A stretch of 64,000 nt of DNA from an uncultured Mycoplasmatota bacterium (GCA_900554315.1 USGP01000003.1:9208-73207), one strand, 5' to 3'. Counted from the first letter of the stretch, positions 52,335 through 62,761 are shown. The notes: generated by a model from the sequence alone, not told the origin. Translations and numbers: made by a program.

Positions 52335-53015
52335 CTACTTTTTTCTTGTTTTGCCAATTCTTTTTTCTTGCCTTTTTGCTTTTCTTTCTAAATATTCTTT
52401 ATTTCCGTTCCATATTTCTCCTAGTGTCATACATTCAAATTCCTCTTCTGTAAATTGTGTAGTATATCCCATATCAATAGAACCATAAAAACAACGTCTA
52501 TATTCTGATAATTTTTTTGGCATTATTGCTCTTCTAATATCCATGGCATAAAGTTTAGCAAATGGATATTTTCCATCCAAATAAGCGTGATAGCGTATGT
52601 CACTTGTCTCTTTTAATCTTCTATGTTTGACTTCTAATGCTTCTTTTTTGCTTTTTTCTATTTCTTCAGCAAGATAGTTGTCAATTATTTGCTGCATTCT
52701 TGGCGTATAAGTATCTTGCTTTTCACTTGGTTTTTCTCCTTTTAATAGAGCTCTTTCATATTCCACTTGAATATTTGCCAATTGTGCATCATAAGGGTGA
52801 ACTTGTTCTATTCTATCCCAATGATCTAATCTTCGATTCAATTCATCTATATCTGATATATTTTGCAATTCTTTTATTTTTGCCGCTATATATTCTGGAT
52901 AACTAAAGTTTATATCAACAATTTCAGTTGCAGTTGGAATAGGTAAGGTTACTAATATTTTATTATCGCCTATTTCAATATATCGATAAGCTCTCATCAT
53001 TATATCTTGATTCAT
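52335..53015 (-). CDS. hypothetical protein
   Basis: 226-aa ORF with a basic C-terminal tail. Confidence 0.4.
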   Translation of the reverse strand: MNQDIMMRAYRYIEIGDNKILVTLPIPTATEIVDINFSYPEYIAAKIKELQNISDIDELNRRLDHWDRIEQVHPYDAQLANIQVEYERALLKGEKPSEKQDTYTPRMQQIIDNYLAEEIEKSKKEALEVKHRRLKETSDIRYHAYLDGKYPFAKLYAMDIRRAIMPKKLSEYRRCFYGSIDMGYTTQFTEEEFECMTLGEIWNGNKEYLERKAKRQEKRIGKTRKK

Positions 53016-53069
53016 ACACTATCCCCCCTTTTTTTACTGGCGATATTATACCACAAAAAAGAGATTTTT

Positions 53070-54296
53070 TCAATCTCTTAAGTTTCTTTTTGATTTTGGA
53101 TTACCAATTATTTTTAAAGATGCTGGTGCCACAATTGATTTTCCAAATTTTTGATTAATATCGTCAATAGTCTTTTGAATTTCTTCTTCCTTTTCTTCTT
53201 CTCCTTGGTCTTCTTCAAATAGAGTTAATTGACGATCTTTTGTCTCTTGCAAGTCAGCTAATCTTACTCCTATTAGTCGTATAGGATCCTTTTTATAGCT
53301 TTTATCAAATATTTCTACTACTAATTTATATATTTCTTTAGTACTATTTGTTGGATGTGGTAATTTTGCTTGTGCTGAATAATTATGAAATTGATTATTT
53401 CTATAAATTACGGCAACAGTTTTAGCATACTGTTTTTGTTTTCTTAATTCTCTTGTTACATCTTCTGTCTGTCTAAATAATATATCTTTTAATTTTTCCT
53501 CATCCGTATAATCAAATCTTAATGTTTCTGTTGTTGATATACTAGTTGTTTTACTACTTCTTGGTTCTACAGGGGTATTATCTATTCCCATAGCGGCTTC
53601 TTTTAGTTTTTTTGCTTGATTTTTAAAATGTTTTTCTAATAATTTATCATTGGCAAAAGCTAAGTCTTTAATTGTATAAATATTTATTTTGTTTAATTCT
53701 TCTTTTGTACGCTTTCCTACCATAAATAGTTCACCTACGTCTAGTGGCCATAATTTTGTTTCTATTTCATTTTTTAATAATGTATGAACTTTATCAGGTT
53801 TTTCAAAGTCTGATGCCATTTTAGCACATAATTTATTATTACCTATTCCTACATTAACTGTAAAACCAAATTTTTTCTTTACTTCTTCTTTTATATGATT
53901 TGCTAGTTGATAATAATCCTTATATAAGTAGTTTGTTCCAGTCATATCTAGAAAACATTCATCAATAGAAAACTTTTCAAGTAGTGGAGAATACTGAGAT
54001 AGGTATTCAAATAGTTTCTTTGATTCATGATAGTACCAACGATGATTTGGAGGAAATATTTGAAGAGATGGGCACTTTTTTTGAGCTTGATAAATTGTTT
54101 CGGCGGTTTTTATCCCCATTTTTTTAGCAACAGGTGATTTAGCAAGAACAATTCCTCTTCTTTCGGATTCTGATCCACCAATAATAGATGGGATGGTTCT
54201 AATATCTGTCTTATAGCCTTTTTTCAACAATAGTACTGCTGTCCATGACAAAAAAGCATTGTTTACATCTATGTGAAATATTAGTCTTTCCTTCAT
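53070..54296 (-). CDS. dinB: Y-family DNA polymerase (DinB/Pol IV-like)
   Basis: N-terminal FHIDVNNAFLS...FSIDECFLDMTG Y-family catalytic motifs. Confidence 0.8.
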   Translation of the reverse strand: MKERLIFHIDVNNAFLSWTAVLLLKKGYKTDIRTIPSIIGGSESERRGIVLAKSPVAKKMGIKTAETIYQAQKKCPSLQIFPPNHRWYYHESKKLFEYLSQYSPLLEKFSIDECFLDMTGTNYLYKDYYQLANHIKEEVKKKFGFTVNVGIGNNKLCAKMASDFEKPDKVHTLLKNEIETKLWPLDVGELFMVGKRTKEELNKINIYTIKDLAFANDKLLEKHFKNQAKKLKEAAMGIDNTPVEPRSSKTTSISTTETLRFDYTDEEKLKDILFRQTEDVTRELRKQKQYAKTVAVIYRNNQFHNYSAQAKLPHPTNSTKEIYKLVVEIFDKSYKKDPIRLIGVRLADLQETKDRQLTLFEEDQGEEEKEEEIQKTIDDINQKFGKSIVAPASLKIIGNPKSKRNLRD

Positions 54297-54410
54297 ATAA
54301 TTCCTCTCTTTTCTTTATTATTATAAAAAACTTTATGGATGGTTGCAATCGAACAAGCACTTTTATGTATAACCTTTTTTTCTTAATCCATTCTATAATT
54401 AGGTGATTGT

Positions 54411-54698
54411 ATGAATCGAGAAGAGAGAAATCGATATGAATATTATTTTAAGTTATTTACTATTGAAGCTATTCGTAATGCTAGAATTGCTAAGGGATGG
54501 ACACAGTCTCAGTTAGCAGAGGCCGTTGATGTTTCTCATGAATTTATTCGGTCATTGGAGTCTGTTAAAGGCAAAAACTCCTTTTCGGCATTCACATTAT
54601 GGAGAATTTCTAAAGCTTTACAAGTTAGTTTAGATGACTTATTAAATTTTAGTATGAACGATTTGGGTACGTGGGTAAAAAAAACAATGCAAGATTAG
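54411..54698 (+). CDS. XRE-family helix-turn-helix transcriptional regulator
   Basis: IRNARIAKGWTQSQLAEAVDVSHEFIRSLE HTH_3 motif. Divergent from the dinB-like gene. Confidence 0.65.
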   Translation: MNREERNRYEYYFKLFTIEAIRNARIAKGWTQSQLAEAVDVSHEFIRSLESVKGKNSFSAFTLWRISKALQVSLDDLLNFSMNDLGTWVKKTMQD

Positions 54699-54714
54699 AT
54701 TCTTTTGCATTGTT

Positions 54715-56217
54715 TTATTTTTCTATTAAACTTTCTCCTGTCATTTCTGCAGGCTTTTCTATATTCATTAAGTCTAGAATTGTTGGAGCAATATCTCCTA
54801 ATTTACCAGTATGTAATTTTAATCCTGGCTCTGTAATGATAAATGGAACAGGATTTGTAGTATGTGAAGTTACAATGTTATTATTGTCATCTAACATTTC
54901 TTCACAATTTCCATGGTCGGCAGTTACGATTAGGATACCACCTAATTCCATTACTTTGTCATATATTTTTTTCAAATCTTTATCTACAGTTTCCACTGCT
55001 TTAATTGCAGCTTCTAAAACACCAGTATGTCCTACCATATCTCCATTTGCGAAGTTAAGAATTACTAAGTCTGTATTAGGTAATTCTGATAATAGTTTCT
55101 CTGTTACTTCATCAGCACTCATTTCAGGTTGTAAATCATAAGTTGCTACTTTAGGTGATGGTACTAAAATTTTCTTTTCATTCTTGTAATCTACTTCTTT
55201 TCCTCCATCAAAGAAGAATGTAACATGTGCATATTTTTCTGTTTCAGCAATTCTTAATTGAGATAGATTCTGTTTTTCAATGTACTCTCCTAAAATATTT
55301 GTTAATTTTGGATCATTAAAAGCATGTGGTGCTTTTACACTATGTACAACTGGCATCATTGTTACTGTTTTTACATTATGAAAATGTATTGCTTCCATAT
55401 CTACTTCATCTGGGTTTGTTATTGCTGTAAATAATTCACGAAGTCTATCTTTTCTAAAATTAAAGGCAATTACTCCATCATTTTCTTCTAAGTTTCCATT
55501 TTCTGTAAATTTAGCAGGAATAAAGAACTCATCTGTTATATCTTTTTTATAACTATCTTCTACATATTCTTTCGTAGATGGAAGTACCTCTCCTTTATTA
55601 TTTACAATAACATCGTATGCCTTTTTCAACCTATCATAATTATTATCTCTATCCATAGCATAATATCTACCACTGATACTAGCTATTTTTCCAAATCCTA
55701 TTTCATTTAGTTTATCTTCTATTTGTTTAATATAAGTATATGCACTTTTTGGTGGAACATCTCTTCCGTCTGTAAAGACATGAACATAAACATTTGTAAC
55801 TTGCTCTTGTTTACACATATCTAATAAAGCAAGTAAATGATTGATATGAGAATGTACTCCACCGTCACTTACAAGTCCCATTAAATGTAGCTTGGAATCA
55901 TTTTCTTTTACATGACGCATTACATTTTTTATTTCTTCATTTTGAAAAAACTCTTTCTCCTCAATGGATTTATTAATTAATTCTAATGGTTGATATACAA
56001 TTCTACCAGCACCAATATTCATATGACCAACTTCACTATTTCCCATTTGACCCTTAGGAAGCCCTACAAGTTGTCCTGATGCTGTTAATTGTGTATGTGG
56101 ATATGTGTTCCATAGATTATTAAATACAGGATTATTGGCTAATTTAACTGCATTCCCATGTTCTTCCTCTCGTAGTCCATATCCATCTAATATTGCTAAT
56201 ACAATTGGTTTTTTCAT
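54715..56217 (-). CDS. gpmI: 2,3-bisphosphoglycerate-independent phosphoglycerate mutase
   Basis: MKKPIVLAILDGYGL N-terminus and metalloenzyme-superfamily blocks. Start taken at the internal Met. Confidence 0.85.
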   Translation of the reverse strand: MKKPIVLAILDGYGLREEEHGNAVKLANNPVFNNLWNTYPHTQLTASGQLVGLPKGQMGNSEVGHMNIGAGRIVYQPLELINKSIEEKEFFQNEEIKNVMRHVKENDSKLHLMGLVSDGGVHSHINHLLALLDMCKQEQVTNVYVHVFTDGRDVPPKSAYTYIKQIEDKLNEIGFGKIASISGRYYAMDRDNNYDRLKKAYDVIVNNKGEVLPSTKEYVEDSYKKDITDEFFIPAKFTENGNLEENDGVIAFNFRKDRLRELFTAITNPDEVDMEAIHFHNVKTVTMMPVVHSVKAPHAFNDPKLTNILGEYIEKQNLSQLRIAETEKYAHVTFFFDGGKEVDYKNEKKILVPSPKVATYDLQPEMSADEVTEKLLSELPNTDLVILNFANGDMVGHTGVLEAAIKAVETVDKDLKKIYDKVMELGGILIVTADHGNCEEMLDDNNNIVTSHTTNPVPFIITEPGLKLHTGKLGDIAPTILDLMNIEKPAEMTGESLIEK

Positions 56218-56227
56218 ACTTTCCTCC

Positions 56228-57586
56228 TTACATTTTATTATCATTTAAGCAAAACATTGCATAAATTGGAATATATCTGACATCTTTCTTTGTAGCAAAA
56301 TTATTCTCTGTTACACGATATGCTTCTGTTACTGTAAATTTTTTCATAAATACAGAAAGAGACTTTGCTTTGGAATCCGCTTTCGTAATTAATTCTATCG
56401 GGATGATTTTTCCCATTCTATTTTGAATTACAAAATTGACTTCTGCTTTTCCTTCTGATTGATAATAGTATAATGCATAACCAGCTTCTGCTAGAGCTTT
56501 AGCAATACTATTTTCATAAAGGATCTCTTTTGTTTTTTCATCACTGAGTAACTGTTTTAAATTCACGTGTAACATAGATGATAGTAAACCATCATCTGGT
56601 AAATATAATTTAAAACTATCTTTTTCGCGGCAACTACTAAGAGGGGATTTTACAGTTGATATTTTATAACTTCTATAAACAATTTGGTTGTTGACTAAAA
56701 AGTTAATTGTACTTTCATATTCCTTAGCTCTTCTTCCAGTACCGATAACACCATATTGGAATTTTTTATTGTCTTTCTTTAGTTGTTCTGGAAGAGATTC
56801 AATGACTTCTAATCCTCTTGGTATATCTATCAAGTTTTTGCAAGAAATTAGTTCTCGTTCATAAACTTCTAATATCTTTTGTTTTATGATATCTATTTCC
56901 TGCTCACTTTTTCCGTTAAGGGTTGCTTCTACTACTTCTGGTAAACCTCCTGTCATCAAATACTCCTGAAATAATTCTAATGCTAATTTATGAAAAGGGC
57001 AAGTTTTATGTTTTACAAATGATTCTCTAATCAATTCAGCTAAAGCTTTTTCTTCTTTGGCCCATAAAAATTCTTCGAAATCCATTTCACTCATACTTTT
57101 AAATTGTAATTCTTCTCCTTTGAATAGCGTTAAGTTGTCTCTTCTTGAGGTAATTCCAATAATGTGATATTGGCTGTGTTCACTACCAAAAAGTTTTAAT
57201 CCTTTTACAATTTCAATATTATTTAAGTTATCAAAAATAATCAAAGTATCTTCTGGTAATATTGTTTCTCCAGACAAAAGAGATAGATTTAGAATAATTC
57301 TTTCTGTTGCTTTTTCTTTTGTAAATAAATCCGTTAATGGCTTGTTGTTACTTGTATTAAAGTAAATTGTATTTTTGTAGTTTGTTTTTCCAAATTTTAA
57401 GGCAGAATAACTTTTTCCTACTTGCTTAGGTCCATATAGAATGAGTGGCTTTCTTATAATATCTTTTTGCCACTTTTCTAGAAATTTTTCTATTTTTCGT
57501 TCCATAATTTGTATCCTCCTTACACATTTTCTAAAATAAGTATACTTTTTTTTATATAAATTGTCAAACTTATTAATACTTTTCAA
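56228..57586 (-). CDS. AAA-family ATPase with C-terminal DUF4143-like domain (COG1373-like)
   Basis: Walker A LILYGPKQVGKS. Size and architecture are typical of COG1373. Confidence 0.5.
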   Translation of the reverse strand: MKSINKFDNLYKKKYTYFRKCVRRIQIMERKIEKFLEKWQKDIIRKPLILYGPKQVGKSYSALKFGKTNYKNTIYFNTSNNKPLTDLFTKEKATERIILNLSLLSGETILPEDTLIIFDNLNNIEIVKGLKLFGSEHSQYHIIGITSRRDNLTLFKGEELQFKSMSEMDFEEFLWAKEEKALAELIRESFVKHKTCPFHKLALELFQEYLMTGGLPEVVEATLNGKSEQEIDIIKQKILEVYERELISCKNLIDIPRGLEVIESLPEQLKKDNKKFQYGVIGTGRRAKEYESTINFLVNNQIVYRSYKISTVKSPLSSCREKDSFKLYLPDDGLLSSMLHVNLKQLLSDEKTKEILYENSIAKALAEAGYALYYYQSEGKAEVNFVIQNRMGKIIPIELITKADSKAKSLSVFMKKFTVTEAYRVTENNFATKKDVRYIPIYAMFCLNDNKM

Positions 57587-57618
57587 CTAATATAAAAAGC
57601 ACTTTTTATGAAGTGCTT

Positions 57619-58392
57619 TTATTTCGATAATGGCTTACTGAATTCTAATCTTAATTTATCTGCAACAGTAATAATAAATTCTGAGTTAGTTGGTTTTGCT
57701 TTATCAATATCTACGCTATGTCCAAATATTTCTTCCATTAATTCCCAGTTGCCTCTGTTCCAACTAACTTCTATGGCGTGACGAATGGCTCTTTCTACTC
57801 GAGATACCGTGGTATTGAACTTTTTTGCTACTTCTGGATATAGTTCTTTTGTAATACCACCTACCAGTTCCGGGTTTTCATATACTAAAGTAATACTTTC
57901 TCTTATATATTGATACCCTTTTATGTGTGAGGGTACTCCAAGTTCATGCAAAGTTTTTGTTATTGCTATTTGCAGATTATTGTGATATACATCTATTTCT
58001 TTGCCTCCGAACTTTACTCCTTCAGCAACTTCTAGAATTCTTTTTTCTAGATCTTCTAGTTCAAAAGGTTTTAATATAAAGTAATTAACACCTAACTCTG
58101 AAACCTTGCGAATCATATCCTGTGTATTATAAGATGTTAATACTATTACTTTCTTGTCTATTTTCTTTTTCTTCATATACTCCAGTACTGCTATTCCATC
58201 TTTATTAGGCATGATTAGGTCTAATAGAACTATGTCATACTCCTCTTGTTTTTTATCAATCAAACGAATTCCCTCTGCTCCATCATAAGCTTCTAGTGAA
58301 ATTGTGACTTCGGGACGCTCAGAAAAGTATTCCTTAATCATCTCTACTAAACTCTTATTATCATCTACTACTAATACTCTTGTCTTTTTCAT
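57619..58392 (-). CDS. spo0A: sporulation master response regulator Spo0A
   Basis: N-terminal receiver (VLVVDDN...LDLIMP). C-terminal ...[30 protein letters not shown]...[20 protein letters not shown] is near-identical to the Spo0A_C signature. Confidence 0.85.
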   Translation of the reverse strand: MKKTRVLVVDDNKSLVEMIKEYFSERPEVTISLEAYDGAEGIRLIDKKQEEYDIVLLDLIMPNKDGIAVLEYMKKKKIDKKVIVLTSYNTQDMIRKVSELGVNYFILKPFELEDLEKRILEVAEGVKFGGKEIDVYHNNLQIAITKTLHELGVPSHIKGYQYIRESITLVYENPELVGGITKELYPEVAKKFNTTVSRVERAIRHAIEVSWNRGNWELMEEIFGHSVDIDKAKPTNSEFIITVADKLRLEFSKPLSK

Positions 58393-58493
58393 TTATTCTC
58401 CTCTCAGTACTGCACGTATTTTCATTATATACTTGTTTTGAAAAAAATGATAGATAAAAAAAAGACAAGTTTTGTCGAAACTGTCTAATTTGT

Positions 58494-59195
58494 CTAATTT
58501 TTTAGTTTTTCTATAAAGATTTTTAGCTTATCTGGTTTTAAGCTTAAACCTCCTAACAAATATCCATCTATTGTAGATATTTGTTTTAACATATCAATAT
58601 TTTCTTCGTTTGCACTTCCACCATATAGAACTTTGTTATTAGGAAATTTATCTTTGATTATGTTAAATATTTCTGTTATTTGTTCTTCTGTTGGTATAAT
58701 TCCCGTACCAATTGACCAAATTGGTTCATAAGCTATGATTACTTTGGTTCTATCTTGTTCTGATAAGTTTTTTAGATCTTCTTCTAATTCATTTAAAATA
58801 ATTTCTTTTTCTTTTCTATTTTCTCTTTCTTCTTTTGTTTCACCTATACATAAAATAGGAGTTATGTCTTGTTCTAGTAATTTTTTTATTTTTTGATTTA
58901 TTTCTATGTCTGTTTCTTGTTGATATTTTCTTCTTTCTGAATGCCCTACAATACAATATTTTACATTGCATGATTTTAATTGACTTGCAGATATTTCTCC
59001 TGTGTAAGCACCACAATCTGTACTACTTACATTTTGAGCTCCTAAGTCAATATTTTCTAAATTTGCCATTCCAATAAAAAGATGGTTTGGACATAGTATT
59101 AATTTATCTTGACATTCTATTTCATTTAATTGGTTTTGGTAAGACATAAATTCTTCTTTTGTTAAATTACATTTATTATTTAGTGCAATAATCAC
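58494..59195 (-). CDS. tpiA: triosephosphate isomerase
   Basis: AYEPIWSIGTG active-site motif and the downstream GGS. Confidence 0.85.
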   Translation of the reverse strand: MIIALNNKCNLTKEEFMSYQNQLNEIECQDKLILCPNHLFIGMANLENIDLGAQNVSSTDCGAYTGEISASQLKSCNVKYCIVGHSERRKYQQETDIEINQKIKKLLEQDITPILCIGETKEERENRKEKEIILNELEEDLKNLSEQDRTKVIIAYEPIWSIGTGIIPTEEQITEIFNIIKDKFPNNKVLYGGSANEENIDMLKQISTIDGYLLGGLSLKPDKLKIFIEKLKN

Positions 59196-59212
59196 CTTAT
59201 CATCCCCTATTC

Positions 59213-59707
59213 TTAGATTGTATGTGAACTTATCTTTTCGGCTGTTTTCGATAGTGAATATATATGCATATTGTCTTCTATTCCCAAATCATCGTATCCT
59301 CTATTTAAAAAATGCTGACTTGGAATATGATTCCCTGCTTCTTGCATATATATTATATCTTCCATTCCTAAAGTTCCAAATGCATATTTTTCCGACTCAT
59401 CTAATAGTTTTTCTTCTTGTTTTGGCTCTGCAGTACTATCCACTGTAATTCTACATACACGTCGGTCTTTTTCACCTATTAAGTGAGCCATTGTTAAAAC
59501 TTCCTTTTCGCGGATTAATAATAATGTTGTTACTACTTCAGGTCGTTCTTGTTCTAATTGCCTATAATCAACTTCTGACAACATATTTTTAATATTTTTT
59601 AAATAGTCTGATGTTGTATGAGAAATTCTATTGTTATTTTCATATTCCTCTATCATTGATATATGGTCATCATTATATGGATTTGCTACAATTACCTTTT
59701 CTTTCAT
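59213..59707 (-). CDS. hypothetical protein inserted between pgk and tpiA
   Basis: 164 aa. Start overlaps the pgk stop (coupled). Confidence 0.4.
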   Translation of the reverse strand: MKEKVIVANPYNDDHISMIEEYENNNRISHTTSDYLKNIKNMLSEVDYRQLEQERPEVVTTLLLIREKEVLTMAHLIGEKDRRVCRITVDSTAEPKQEEKLLDESEKYAFGTLGMEDIIYMQEAGNHIPSQHFLNRGYDDLGIEDNMHIYSLSKTAEKISSHTI

Positions 59708-59708
59708 T

Positions 59709-60881
59709 TTACTTTATTGCTTCCAATCCAGGTAGAGTTTTTCCTTCTAGATATTCTAATGTTGCTCCACCACCTGTTGATGCATGATAAACTTTATCTT
59801 TGTATCCTGACGTAGATGCAGCAGCAACGATATCTCCTCCACCTAATATCATCTTAATATTATTATCTACTACAAATTGCAAAATATGATCTGTACCTTG
59901 TTTATATTTTTTAAATTCATAAACTCCTAATGGTCCATTCCATACTGCAATTTTGGCATCTTTTAGATATCCTTCAAATAGATTTTCTGTTTTAGGTCCA
60001 ATATCTAGTCCCATTTCATTATACTCGATATCTGTAATATCTTTTACTTTATACTCTTCATTTTCACTGTACTCTGTTGTTACAGCTACATCTATTGGTA
60101 ATACAATCTTATTAGGATATTCAGTTACCATTTTTTTACAGAAGTCAACATTTTCAGCATCTAATAGTGAGTTTCCAATTTCATATCCTTCTGATTTTAA
60201 GAATGTAAATGCCATTCCACCACCAATTAAAATTTTGTCTGCCTTTTTCACTAGGTTTTCAATTACCCCAACCTTGTCAGCTACTTTAGCTCCACCTAAT
60301 ACAACTATGAATGGATGTTCTGGATTATCTAATTCTTTTAACGCATTTAATTCTTTTTCAATTAAAAATCCAATACAAGATTCTAGGTGAGAAGCAATCC
60401 CTACATTAGAAGCATGAGCTCTGTGAATTGTTCCAAAAGCATCATTTACAAACACATCTCCTAATGATGCCCAATACGCTCCAAGCTCTGGATCATTTTT
60501 ACTTTCTTTTTTACCATCTAAATCTTCATATCTAGTATTTTGAACTAAAATAATATCTTTATCTTTCATGTTGTTGATTGCAGATTCTAATTCTTCTCCA
60601 CGAGTTTTTTCTATAAATGTTACAGGTTGTCCTAATAATTCTTCTAACCTTTTAGCAACTGGTGCTAAATTATTCTTTGCTAAGTCTGCTTCTTCTTTGA
60701 TTCTTCCTAAATGAGAAAATAAAATTACTTTAGCATTATGTTCTATTGCATATTTTATCGTTGGTAATGCTGCTGTAATTCTTGTATCATCTACAATTTT
60801 ACCTTCTTTCATTGGGACATTAAAGTCACAACGCATTAATACTTTTTTATTATCTAAATTTATATCTTTTATTGTTTTCAT
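59709..60881 (-). CDS. pgk: phosphoglycerate kinase
   Basis: LMRCDFNVP N-terminal motif. Length 390 aa. Confidence 0.9.
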   Translation of the reverse strand: MKTIKDINLDNKKVLMRCDFNVPMKEGKIVDDTRITAALPTIKYAIEHNAKVILFSHLGRIKEEADLAKNNLAPVAKRLEELLGQPVTFIEKTRGEELESAINNMKDKDIILVQNTRYEDLDGKKESKNDPELGAYWASLGDVFVNDAFGTIHRAHASNVGIASHLESCIGFLIEKELNALKELDNPEHPFIVVLGGAKVADKVGVIENLVKKADKILIGGGMAFTFLKSEGYEIGNSLLDAENVDFCKKMVTEYPNKIVLPIDVAVTTEYSENEEYKVKDITDIEYNEMGLDIGPKTENLFEGYLKDAKIAVWNGPLGVYEFKKYKQGTDHILQFVVDNNIKMILGGGDIVAAASTSGYKDKVYHASTGGGATLEYLEGKTLPGLEAIK

Positions 60882-60934
60882 TGGCTACTATCTCCTATCT
60901 AATTTCAGTATAGCATTTTTTTAATTAAAAAAAA

Positions 60935-60955
60935 AGAAGTTACCTTCTTTTTTCA
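60935..60955 (-). terminator. Rho-independent terminator after the second T7SS small-protein array
   Basis: Hairpin aagaag-ttac-cttctt with flanking T/A runs. Confidence 0.5.
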
Positions 60956-61408
60956 TTAAACACCTGATACTTTGTTATCTTCAAGATTTGCAGTATCGGC
61001 ATTCATATCGCTAGCAATATCTGTATCTTGAGTTTGATAAGCTTGTTGAACACTATTAACAATTTGTTTTTCGGCTGCTGCTAATGCATCTAGATAGTTA
61101 TAAGATACATCTCTTACTCCAGTAATAAATTTTTCTAGAGCAGCTTTTACCCCACTTCCTTGATATGCAGAATTAGATTCTACAGCCTCTAGTTTAGATA
61201 GTGTATCTTTAATTTCAGATGAGTAGCTCTCAATTTCAGAAGAAACATGTTGTGCAAACTCTGCTGTAACTCCGACAAGATTTTGTGTTGCCCCATCTAA
61301 TATTGCACCGACTAATCCTCCAGCTGGTGCTACTCCATCTACATTGCTATTTAATAAATTTTGTCTTGTGCTGTCATCAATTGTTGCTTCACTCATTGTA
61401 ACTGGCAT
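60956..61408 (-). CDS. WXG100-superfamily-like protein with YxG variant motif and A/G-rich N-terminal extension
   Basis: SAYQGSGVKAALEKF parallels SEWEGSAREKF of the neighbouring WXG100 protein. 150 aa. Confidence 0.45.
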   Translation of the reverse strand: MPVTMSEATIDDSTRQNLLNSNVDGVAPAGGLVGAILDGATQNLVGVTAEFAQHVSSEIESYSSEIKDTLSKLEAVESNSAYQGSGVKAALEKFITGVRDVSYNYLDALAAAEKQIVNSVQQAYQTQDTDIASDMNADTANLEDNKVSGV

Positions 61409-61426
61409 ATTTTTTTCCTCCTTTTA

Positions 61427-61726
61427 TTATTTAATCAAGTCCATGTCTTTTGCAGACATTGCAAGTTGAATAGAATTAATCTCGTTTTGCAAAATTGAAA
61501 ATAGAGCAAGATATTGTAAAGCCACATGATTAGCATCTTTTTGTAAATTTTCTACAAACTTTTCACGAGCACTACCTTCCCATTCACTTTCACAAACACT
61601 CTTAATTCTACTCACATCTCTTACTTTTTCAGCTGCATCTTGTAATACAATACTTTTGATTTCCTCTAGATATGCTTCTACTCCTGATTTGTCATATCCA
61701 TGAGACATTTCTGAAATTGTTGGCAT
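61427..61726 (-). CDS. WXG100 family (EsxA-like) protein
   Basis: 99 aa, helical, central SEWEGSAREKF (W-x-G) motif. Confidence 0.7.
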   Translation of the reverse strand: MPTISEMSHGYDKSGVEAYLEEIKSIVLQDAAEKVRDVSRIKSVCESEWEGSAREKFVENLQKDANHVALQYLALFSILQNEINSIQLAMSAKDMDLIK

Positions 61727-61738
61727 ATTTTCCTCCTA

Positions 61739-62047
61739 TTATTCTAATTTTTCGATATCACTGATAATTTTTTCATTTAATTCTTGATCTTGATTTCTAT
61801 AACTATCAATTACCTTTTGAATATCAGTTGCATAGTTTGTTATGTTTTTTTTGATAATTGGATAATTAGCTTTAATCAATTCAAATTTTGTTGTAAGCTC
61901 TGCATTACCTGCGCCAATTAAATTTTGCTTAATAGTTTCCATTTCTGTGTCCATTTGATTAAAAATAGAATTTAATTTTTCAATATCGTCTAATAAGTCA
62001 AGTTTTAATTTTTCCATTTTATCCTCATTGATTGCACTATATTTCAT
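61739..62047 (-). CDS. small helical T7SS-associated protein
   Basis: 102 aa, coiled-coil-like, no WxG. Confidence 0.4.
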   Translation of the reverse strand: MKYSAINEDKMEKLKLDLLDDIEKLNSIFNQMDTEMETIKQNLIGAGNAELTTKFELIKANYPIIKKNITNYATDIQKVIDSYRNQDQELNEKIISDIEKLE

Positions 62048-62130
62048 CTCAACACCTCAATTATCAGATATCTTAATTTAAGATTATTATTATTTGTTTG
62101 TTTTTTCAAGTCTTTCGCTAACTTTTTACA

Positions 62131-62433
62131 CTATTTTACACCATTTTCAAGACTTTTTATTGAATCTATTTTTATTTCTTCTAATTCGTCATTTAGATTA
62201 GTCAAAATACTCTTAACTCCGTCATGTAAATTTTCTGTACTTGTTTTATATTTTTTCATTTCTTTCATACAATTATCTATTTTTCCTCTTATTGAAGACC
62301 ATTCGAATTCTCCATATGGATATTCGATACTAGAAGCTACATTTTGAGCATTGCTTAAACTATTAATTACCTCATTCGTTTTTGGTAAAACATTATTGGC
62401 TATTATATCCGTATTAACTTTTATTTTGGACAT
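62131..62433 (-). CDS. small helical T7SS-associated protein
   Basis: 100 aa. EFEWSSIRG lies near the centre; it is not a canonical WxG. Confidence 0.4.
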   Translation of the reverse strand: MSKIKVNTDIIANNVLPKTNEVINSLSNAQNVASSIEYPYGEFEWSSIRGKIDNCMKEMKKYKTSTENLHDGVKSILTNLNDELEEIKIDSIKSLENGVK

Positions 62434-62446
62434 TATTTTGCACCTC

Positions 62447-62761
62447 CTATAATCTTCCTTTTTCTACTTCTGCACTCAATTTATTACTCATACTTATTAA
62501 TAAATCTCCTAGTTTATTAATGGAGTTTGCATAGTTCATATACATTTCTTTATCTTTTGAAACTTTTTCCATAAACATATGGACAGATGAAGTATTGCCA
62601 TCCCCAATCCACGTTCTACTATTTTCTAGATTTTCAAATTTATAAAACATATTATTAATAACTTCATTTAAATCTTTTGCTTGCTTTTTCAAGTTTTCTG
62701 CCGACATTTTAATTTTATTACTATCTATTTCTATTTGTGCCATATATCCTCCTTTATTCAT
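62447..62761 (-). CDS. WXG100 family protein
   Basis: 104 aa with central SRTWIGDG (W-x-G) and a helical hairpin layout. Confidence 0.65.
   Translation of the reverse strand: MNKGGYMAQIEIDSNKIKMSAENLKKQAKDLNEVINNMFYKFENLENSRTWIGDGNTSSVHMFMEKVSKDKEMYMNYANSINKLGDLLISMSNKLSAEVEKGRL

Noticed and set aside
54297-54410. Possible LexA/Cheo box between dinB-like gene and XRE regulator
   Set aside because: Only a CGAAC half-site is present (atcgaacaagcac). The GTTC partner is absent, so an SOS operator is not supported.
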